From an uncultured Ignavibacteria bacterium (lineage in GTDB: Bacteria; Zixibacteria; MSB-5A5; WJJR01): 64,000 nt of DNA. The stretch is from the NCBI GenBank assembly GCA_964440935.1, contig CAYTTY010000001.1:148867-212866 (forward strand), in the 5' to 3' direction. Under the pieces are notes generated by a model, which was given only the letters and a program-made list of their open reading frames with translations, was not told where the DNA came from and made no database searches. A program made the position numbers and the translations under genes. How positions within the stretch are numbered: the stretch's first letter is position 1; every line of letters begins with the position of its first letter. This document shows, one piece after another, positions 57,704 through 64,000 of the stretch.

Positions 57704-58723
57704 ATGCAGGTACTGCTCATTCGATATTCGTCGTTGGGTGATGTCGTGCTCACCAGCGCCGTTCCGTCCGCGATTCGTCGCGTTGTGCCCGACGCTGCCA
57801 TCACCGTTCTCACCAAGCGGTCGCTTGTTCCCATCGCCGAGCATTTCGATACGGATGTGACCGTGATCGGTGTCCGTGATAATCGCGCGCTGGGGGAATC
57901 GATTCGACAGTTGCGTTCGCAGCGATTCGATGTCGTAATCGATTTACACGCGTCGATCCGGTCGATGATTGTCTCGCACGCCCTCTACGCCACACAACGA
58001 GCGCGGGTTGAAAAGGAAACACGCCGCCGCCGACGGATGGTGAAGGATAAGCATGGCTTGGATTCTCCGCTGTCCGTGGTATCAAACTTCTGCCATGCGG
58101 CGCACAGCCTGTTCCCGGATCTAACAGAGTGTGATCCAAAGCTGCGTTTGACCGCAGGAGAGCATGCGACGGCGAAGCGGTTACGCGAACAACTCCCACA
58201 CGCCCTGGGCATCGGCTGGGGTGCACGCTGGCCAACCAAAACGGTACCGACTTCGCTGTGGGAAGCCGTGTTGACAGAACTCCGTCAGGGTAGTATCACA
58301 TCCGTGCGGCTCTTTGGTCTGGCCGGCCATCAGCAAGACATGCAAATATTCGCGAGTGAGGTCGCAACGCAGCGTTCCGATATTCGCGTCGAGATACACG
58401 CCGGCTTGCCCTATGCGGATCTTCTGGTCTATCTGTATTCTTGTGCCGCTTACCTTGGATCCGACTCCGGAGTGATGCACATGGCGGCGGCACTGGGAGT
58501 CCCGACGGTGGCCGTGTTCGGGCCGACTCATCCGTCACTCGGATTTGCCCCGGTCGGTGAGCACACGCGAACGATCCATTCCGGCATTTGGTGCTCCCCT
58601 TGCCACAAACATGGGTCAGCGCCGTGCTTTCGCGAGCGACGCTTCTGCTTCGAGGAACTCGATCCAAAAACCGTCGCCACTGCCATCCATGATATGGCGT
58701 CGTTGAACCGTAACACGACATGA
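57704..58723 (+). CDS. GT9 ADP-heptose:LPS heptosyltransferase
   Basis: IRYSSLGDVV, DSGVMHMAAALGVPTVAVFGPT, CSPC. Confidence 0.9.
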   Translation: MQVLLIRYSSLGDVVLTSAVPSAIRRVVPDAAITVLTKRSLVPIAEHFDTDVTVIGVRDNRALGESIRQLRSQRFDVVIDLHASIRSMIVSHALYATQRARVEKETRRRRRMVKDKHGLDSPLSVVSNFCHAAHSLFPDLTECDPKLRLTAGEHATAKRLREQLPHALGIGWGARWPTKTVPTSLWEAVLTELRQGSITSVRLFGLAGHQQDMQIFASEVATQRSDIRVEIHAGLPYADLLVYLYSCAAYLGSDSGVMHMAAALGVPTVAVFGPTHPSLGFAPVGEHTRTIHSGIWCSPCHKHGSAPCFRERRFCFEELDPKTVATAIHDMASLNRNTT

Positions 58724-59322
58724 CCCCGGAGCCGGCCATTTCTCGACCCGCGGCGTTTTTGGATCGTGACGGCACGATCATCATGGAACGCGATTACCTG
58801 GCAGATCCCGACGGTGTCGAGCTTATTCCCGGCGCCATCAATGCGATCCAACTACTCAACCGGTGGGGGTATTGGGTCTTTGGCGTCTCGAATCAATCGG
58901 GCGTGGGGCGAGGCTATTTTGACCGTGATGCTGTCGACGCCGTAAACGATCGCATTATTGAGCTGTTCGCCGGTGAGAAAGCCTTCATCAATCGGATATA
59001 CTACTGTCCCCACCACCCCGGCACTGACGACACCGGACCGGCTTGTGATTGCCGTAAGCCGTCTCCGGGGTTGATCCACCAGGCGATGCACGATTATCCC
59101 GTCGATTTGTCACGCTCGTTTGTTGCGGGCGACCGTCAGTCCGATATCGACTTAGGACGAGGTGTCGGGATTCCCACGGCATTGGTATTGACGGGATATG
59201 GTCGTGAGCAGCGGCGTCAATTGCAGGAGTCGGATGGTCCTGATCTTGTGGGCGGCGATCTTCTCGAGGTGGTGCAGCAAGTCGGAGAGATGTTTGGCCT
59301 GTCGGGGGCATCGAATATCTGA
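58720..59322 (+). CDS. gmhB: D-glycero-D-manno-heptose-1,7-bisphosphate phosphatase
   Basis: FLDRDGT, SNQSG, CPHHP...CDCRKP, GDRQSD. Confidence 0.92.
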   Translation: MTPEPAISRPAAFLDRDGTIIMERDYLADPDGVELIPGAINAIQLLNRWGYWVFGVSNQSGVGRGYFDRDAVDAVNDRIIELFAGEKAFINRIYYCPHHPGTDDTGPACDCRKPSPGLIHQAMHDYPVDLSRSFVAGDRQSDIDLGRGVGIPTALVLTGYGREQRRQLQESDGPDLVGGDLLEVVQQVGEMFGLSGASNI

Positions 59323-59343
59323 CATTATCGTCCTCGGGAGTAA

Positions 59344-59372
59344 TTGACCCCGATAGAGGCCGATGTTACACT
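59344..59372 (+). promoter_or_regulatory. sigma70-type promoter
   Basis: TTGACC-17 bp-TACACT with extended -10 TG. Confidence 0.55.
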
Positions 59373-59405
59373 GAAGGATACGCGTATCCGGAACGATCCC
59401 GGAGG

Positions 59406-60662
59406 ATGACGATTATGAGTATTTCAACACCGCCCAAAGAAGGCACCGCAACCACGCCGGCCATTTCGGGTCGTGCTCAATCAGTGCCACCGTCTCCGAT
59501 TCGCAAACTCGCCGACTTGGCGACTGCGGCGAAGGAGCGCGGTGTCAAGGTCTATCATCTGAACATCGGCCAACCCGATGTGGCTACACCGCCGGTGTTC
59601 TTTGAAGCCATTCGTGAGTTTTCCGATGAAGTGGTCGAATACGGCCACTCCAAAGGGTTAAAGGTCCTGCTCGATGCCTGGGCGCGGTACTACGCCCAAA
59701 AGGGGTTGGATGTTGAGCCCCATCAGGTTCAAGTGACCACCGGCGGCTCGGAGGCGGTAGCGTTTTCGTTTATGCTGACCTGTGATACCGGTGATAACGT
59801 GGTTGTGAGCGAACCTTTCTACACGAACTACGGATCCATTGCCAAAGCGCTCGACATCAAGTTGAAACCGGTGCAAGCCAATCCCGAATTGGGTTACTGT
59901 CTCCCGGCGCGTGAGGAAATCGAGGACGCGATCGATGATCGCACGCGCGCATTGATGATTTGTTCGCCCAACAACCCCACCGGTACGGTGCTTCGGCGTG
60001 ATGAAGTCGCGACGATCGTGCAGATTGCCGATGAGCGGAAGCTGTTTGTGATCTCCGATGAAGTGTATCGGGAATTCTGCTACGAAGGTGATCACACGTC
60101 GATCTGGCAGTTCGCTCAGATTGGTGACCGGGCGATTCTGCTCGACTCGATTTCGAAACGCTTCTCCGCCTGTGGCGCCCGAATCGGTGCGCTTGTTTGC
60201 CGCAACACGCAAGTCATGGATGCCGCACTCCGTTTGGGGCAGGCACGCTTGTCGACACCCACGGTCGAACAGGTGGCCGCTGCGCGAATGATGGACTTGG
60301 GCGAAGAGTACTATGCGCAACTCGCCCAAGAGTACAAGAGCCGGCGTGATCTCATGTTCGAGCGTCTCGACAAGATGCCCGGTGTCTTCTGCCGCAAACC
60401 ATCCGGTGCCTTCTACATGATGGCGACGCTGCCAGTCGATGACACCGAGATCTTTTGCCGCTGGATGCTGACCGACTTTTCCCATGAGGGGCAAACCGTG
60501 ATGATGGCCCCTGGGGCCGGGTTTTACAGCACTCCAGGGAGTGGAACGCAGGAAGCCCGTCTGGCCTATGTGCTCAAGACCGATGAACTCAGCAAGGCCA
60601 TGGACACCCTCGAAGCGGGTCTCCAAGCGTATCCAGGGCGGCAAGATACGGGCAAACCGTAG
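59406..60662 (+). CDS. class I/II PLP-dependent aminotransferase
   Basis: LNIGQPD, SPNNPTG, SDEVY, SISKRFSACGARIG. Confidence 0.95.
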   Translation: MTIMSISTPPKEGTATTPAISGRAQSVPPSPIRKLADLATAAKERGVKVYHLNIGQPDVATPPVFFEAIREFSDEVVEYGHSKGLKVLLDAWARYYAQKGLDVEPHQVQVTTGGSEAVAFSFMLTCDTGDNVVVSEPFYTNYGSIAKALDIKLKPVQANPELGYCLPAREEIEDAIDDRTRALMICSPNNPTGTVLRRDEVATIVQIADERKLFVISDEVYREFCYEGDHTSIWQFAQIGDRAILLDSISKRFSACGARIGALVCRNTQVMDAALRLGQARLSTPTVEQVAAARMMDLGEEYYAQLAQEYKSRRDLMFERLDKMPGVFCRKPSGAFYMMATLPVDDTEIFCRWMLTDFSHEGQTVMMAPGAGFYSTPGSGTQEARLAYVLKTDELSKAMDTLEAGLQAYPGRQDTGKP

Positions 60663-60758
60663 CTCGTCACTTGGCACTGGCGAAACTCACGGCGTCATTC
60701 TACGTTTATGCAGTTTGGGGAGGCTCGGAGTGTACAATCACTCTGACGGGAATGTCCT

Positions 60759-63671
60759 ATGATTGGTGAACGTATCAAACATTACGAGATTATCTCGCAA
60801 CTGGGTGCTGGCGGCATGGGCGAGGTCTATCTCGCCAAGGACACGCGTCTTGATCGCCAAGTGGCGTTGAAATTCCTCCCGCGGGAGATCGCCGGCGATG
60901 CCGACCGGCAAAAGCGCTTGGAGCTCGAGGCACGGACCGCGTCATCGCTCGATCACCCGAATATCCTCACGATCTATGAAATCGACGACCATGAAGGCCG
61001 TCCATTTATCGCGATGGCCTATGTCGAAGGAGGCAGTCTCAAAGAACGCCTGGAGCAAGGGGCCATCGACGTCGAAGACGCGGCACGTTACGGTGTCCAA
61101 GTCGCCTCCGGGCTCGGTGCGGCGCATGCACGTGGTATTGTCCATCGCGATATTAAACCCGACAATGTCCTCATCGATGAAAACAACCGCGCGCGCCTGA
61201 CCGACTTTGGATTGGCCAAACTGAAGGAATCCTCCGGACTGACCGGCCGTGGCACGGCCGTTGGAACGGTCGGCTACATGTCGCCGGAGCAGGCGCAGGG
61301 TTTAGAAGTCGATGCACGCTCCGATGTGTTCTCGCTCGGTGTTTTGCTCTATGAATTGTTTACCGGCAAGAAGCCGTTCGTGGCCGAACATGCTGCGGCG
61401 GCCCTGTATGCCATTGTCCACGAGACGCCGACACCGGTGCGCGAGATTAACCCTGACATACCGGAACCGTTGGCCGCCGTCGTTAACCGGGCACTGGCCA
61501 AGGACCCGTCCGATCGGTATCCCGATGCCCGTGCGGTCGAAAGCGAGCTGCGTACCACCGCACGCGATTTAGAGTACTCACGTGTGTCCTCGTCGGGATC
61601 CTACGCGGTTCAGGCGCAACCGCCCAAGACGAAGCGAATTGCCTGGGCGGCGGCCGGCGTGCTGATCATCTTCGTGGGATTGGTGCTGACGTTCTCGCCG
61701 GGCCTGTTCAGTTCCGAAGAGCCCGAAGTGCAAGCGACCGAGAATTCAGTGGCGGTTATGTACTTCGAAAACCTGAGCGATCCGGACGATGAGGAACGGC
61801 TGGGCGACATCATTACCGAGTTGTTGACGACCGATCTGTCGGGTTCAGACTATCTGAAGGTCATTTCCACCCAGCGACTGCACGATTTGTTGTCGCAGGA
61901 AGGGTATTCCGACCGAAAGCGAATCGACCGCGACGTCGCTACCCAAATCGCCTCGAAGGCGGGCGCCTCGCGCATGCTCATGGGGACGTTGTCTAAGCTC
62001 GGGGGACGCACGATCATTACGGCACAGCTCGTTGATGTCTCCAGCGGCGAAGTCGTCGGATCGCAACGCGTCGATGGAACCGACGTGTTCGCCGTCGTCG
62101 ATGAACTGTCGACCCACATCAAGCAGGAAATCGGCTTGAGCGGATCCGAGGTGTACGCGGGGGATGTGCCGGTATCGGAAGCGACGACGTCATCGGCCGA
62201 AGCGTATCGTGAATACCTGAGAGGTATGGAATATTACCACTCGCTGGAGTGGGAGGAAGCGCACGAACACTTTGACCGTGCCATCGAATTGGATTCAACC
62301 TTCGCGCTCGCCTACCTGCGCAAGGGCGTGGCCTATTCGTCGGATGGGCAAACGGAACGTGGCATTGGCATGCTGCGTCAGGCGGGTGAGTACCTTGATC
62401 GTACCACCGGATGTGACCGGCTGTTGTTGGAGGCCTTCTCGGTTCACCTGGCACAAAACTGGGACCAGGAGGCGGCGCTGGAGACCTTGAAGAAGGCCAC
62501 CACGCAATACCCGACGCACAAGGAACCGTTCTTCTGGGTGGCGAATCTGCTCACCAACAAGAGTGGGAAGGATGATTCAGTTCAGTACTACGCCGAGCGG
62601 GCGCTGGAGCTCGATCCCAACTATCCGTTCGCACTTTTGATGCTCGCCAACATGCATATCAAGAATGATGAGTATCAGAAGGCGCGACCCATTGTCGAGC
62701 GGTATATGACAGTCCGGCCGCGTGATATGCTGCCCTATGATCTATTGACGAATATACTAATCCACACCGGCCGTTTGGACTCAGCACTCACCGTGGCTCG
62801 TGAAGCCGTCGAAAATACACCGGATAATCGCCTGCCAATGACCGACATCGTTAGTGTCTACGTCATGCATGGCAAGCCCGATTCGGCGATCGCGTGGGCA
62901 CAGCGAATTCGACAACTCAAGTCCAGCCCCACTGATGACGTGATCGGGTTACGGTTGATCGCGACTGTACATAGAACGTGGGGTCAGTTCGACAAGAGCG
63001 TGGAGTACCTTGAACAGATGACAGACGTGGCGATAGAGGCCGAATTGTTGTCCCAGGCCGGAGCTGCACAAAAGTTGATCGGCGTTCTCTACCGCGACCT
63101 TGAAATGTACGAACAAGCACTGCCGTTCTTTCGCAAGTCGATGGAGTACGATACACTCAATCCGTACGCAGACCTCCTCGTTAAGACTCTGGCAGAATTG
63201 GGACGTGGGGAGGAAGCACGGCAGGAAATCGCGAAGGTCCGTGACGAATGGGGCGATGTCATCGACCCTATCAAGCTACGAAGAGGATTCCTTGAAATCG
63301 AGGGACTCCTGGCCCTCTCGCGCAATGAACCCCAGGTTGCGATCGACAGTTTTCTCGCAGTTCGTAGACTGGTGGAGGACTCGAGCGTTCTCCGCTACGA
63401 ACTCGCTCGCGCGTATTTTGCCGCCCGTGATTATGAGAGGGCTATCAACGAACTAACTCGCTACCATGCCGAAGGAGTGGGAGACTGGCCATGGGGCCGG
63501 TATATTGCTTCACATTTGAATCTGGCTCAGGTCTATGTGGCTGTTGGAGAGCAGGAGAAGGCGCGTGAGGCACTGGAGTATCTACTTTCGTACTGGGGCA
63601 ACGCCGACTGGGACGTGCCTCTGATTGCCGAGGCCAAGCGGATGCACGAGCGTCTGTCTGCCACGTCGTAA
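60759..63671 (+). CDS. Hanks-type Ser/Thr kinase with TM, TolB-N/FlgO-like domain and TPR repeats
   Basis: LGAGGMGEVY, VALK, HRDIKPDN, DFG, YMSPEQ; TM helix; SVAVMYFENLS; TPR array. Confidence 0.93.
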   Translation: MIGERIKHYEIISQLGAGGMGEVYLAKDTRLDRQVALKFLPREIAGDADRQKRLELEARTASSLDHPNILTIYEIDDHEGRPFIAMAYVEGGSLKERLEQGAIDVEDAARYGVQVASGLGAAHARGIVHRDIKPDNVLIDENNRARLTDFGLAKLKESSGLTGRGTAVGTVGYMSPEQAQGLEVDARSDVFSLGVLLYELFTGKKPFVAEHAAAALYAIVHETPTPVREINPDIPEPLAAVVNRALAKDPSDRYPDARAVESELRTTARDLEYSRVSSSGSYAVQAQPPKTKRIAWAAAGVLIIFVGLVLTFSPGLFSSEEPEVQATENSVAVMYFENLSDPDDEERLGDIITELLTTDLSGSDYLKVISTQRLHDLLSQEGYSDRKRIDRDVATQIASKAGASRMLMGTLSKLGGRTIITAQLVDVSSGEVVGSQRVDGTDVFAVVDELSTHIKQEIGLSGSEVYAGDVPVSEATTSSAEAYREYLRGMEYYHSLEWEEAHEHFDRAIELDSTFALAYLRKGVAYSSDGQTERGIGMLRQAGEYLDRTTGCDRLLLEAFSVHLAQNWDQEAALETLKKATTQYPTHKEPFFWVANLLTNKSGKDDSVQYYAERALELDPNYPFALLMLANMHIKNDEYQKARPIVERYMTVRPRDMLPYDLLTNILIHTGRLDSALTVAREAVENTPDNRLPMTDIVSVYVMHGKPDSAIAWAQRIRQLKSSPTDDVIGLRLIATVHRTWGQFDKSVEYLEQMTDVAIEAELLSQAGAAQKLIGVLYRDLEMYEQALPFFRKSMEYDTLNPYADLLVKTLAELGRGEEARQEIAKVRDEWGDVIDPIKLRRGFLEIEGLLALSRNEPQVAIDSFLAVRRLVEDSSVLRYELARAYFAARDYERAINELTRYHAEGVGDWPWGRYIASHLNLAQVYVAVGEQEKAREALEYLLSYWGNADWDVPLIAEAKRMHERLSATS

Positions 63672-63773
63672 GCGGCAATCCCTGACAAGCAGTGCGGGGA
63701 GAACTGCGTAGTCATTATGGTTGGCCGCCGGAGGCCGATAAACGCAGTGGATGAGCAAACTGAAGGGGCAAAC

Positions 63774-64000
63774 ATGACTGAGAATATCAAGATCACCGGT
63801 GAACCCATGACGGCGGAGACTTGCCGATTCATCATCAGCCAGCCGGTCTACCCGGGCAATTCAGCGTACTTTTCCAATGCCGAATCGGCCAAAGGGTCAC
63901 CGTTGGCGGAACGGCTGTTCGAGATCGATAATGTTGACTCGGTGCTGATTGCCGACAACCGCGTGACCGTGACCAAGCAGGGATTTGAAGAATGGCGTGA
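63774..64000 (+). CDS. Nfu/NifU N-terminal domain protein (truncated by window edge; not in ORF track)
   Basis: Manual translation ...AESAKGSPLAERLFEIDNVDSVLIADNRVTVTK...W; RBS AAGGGG. Confidence 0.8.
   Translation, partial: MTENIKITGEPMTAETCRFIISQPVYPGNSAYFSNAESAKGSPLAERLFEIDNVDSVLIADNRVTVTKQGFEEWR

Overview
GC-rich bacterial chromosome segment. The gene order (single tuf before secE, fusA followed directly by rpsJ) and gene content suggest an FCB-group-like diderm; this assignment is inference only. Bases 1-35000 hold tolB-pal-cpoB, tRNA-Thr-tuf-rpmG-tRNA-Trp-secE-nusG-rplKAJL-rpoBC, rpsLG-fusA and the complete S10-spc-alpha cluster. Bases 35000-64000 hold a deoB-cdd-(microcompartment vertex gene)-deoC operon, PBP1A, tyrS, frameshifted prfB, pta, a Pho-box/porin/phoU unit, a minus-strand island, rlmN, a PhaR-phasin fusion, a ZIP transporter, uppP, LPS heptose genes, an aminotransferase and a Ser/Thr kinase-TPR protein. 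The island carries a 1662-aa SF1 helicase-nuclease, an integron attC-like site and a LAGLIDADG-like ORF lacking catalytic acids. The most unusual signals are: (1) a recurring nested element (MITE > REP doublet > second MITE > another REP doublet) at three intergenic loci; (2) the attC-bounded helicase/LAGLIDADG-like pair with a divergent candidate sRNA; (3) the nucleoside-catabolism operon containing a shell gene; (4) candidate cis-regulatory RNAs before rplA, fusA and rpsJ. All calls were made by eye, with no database searches.
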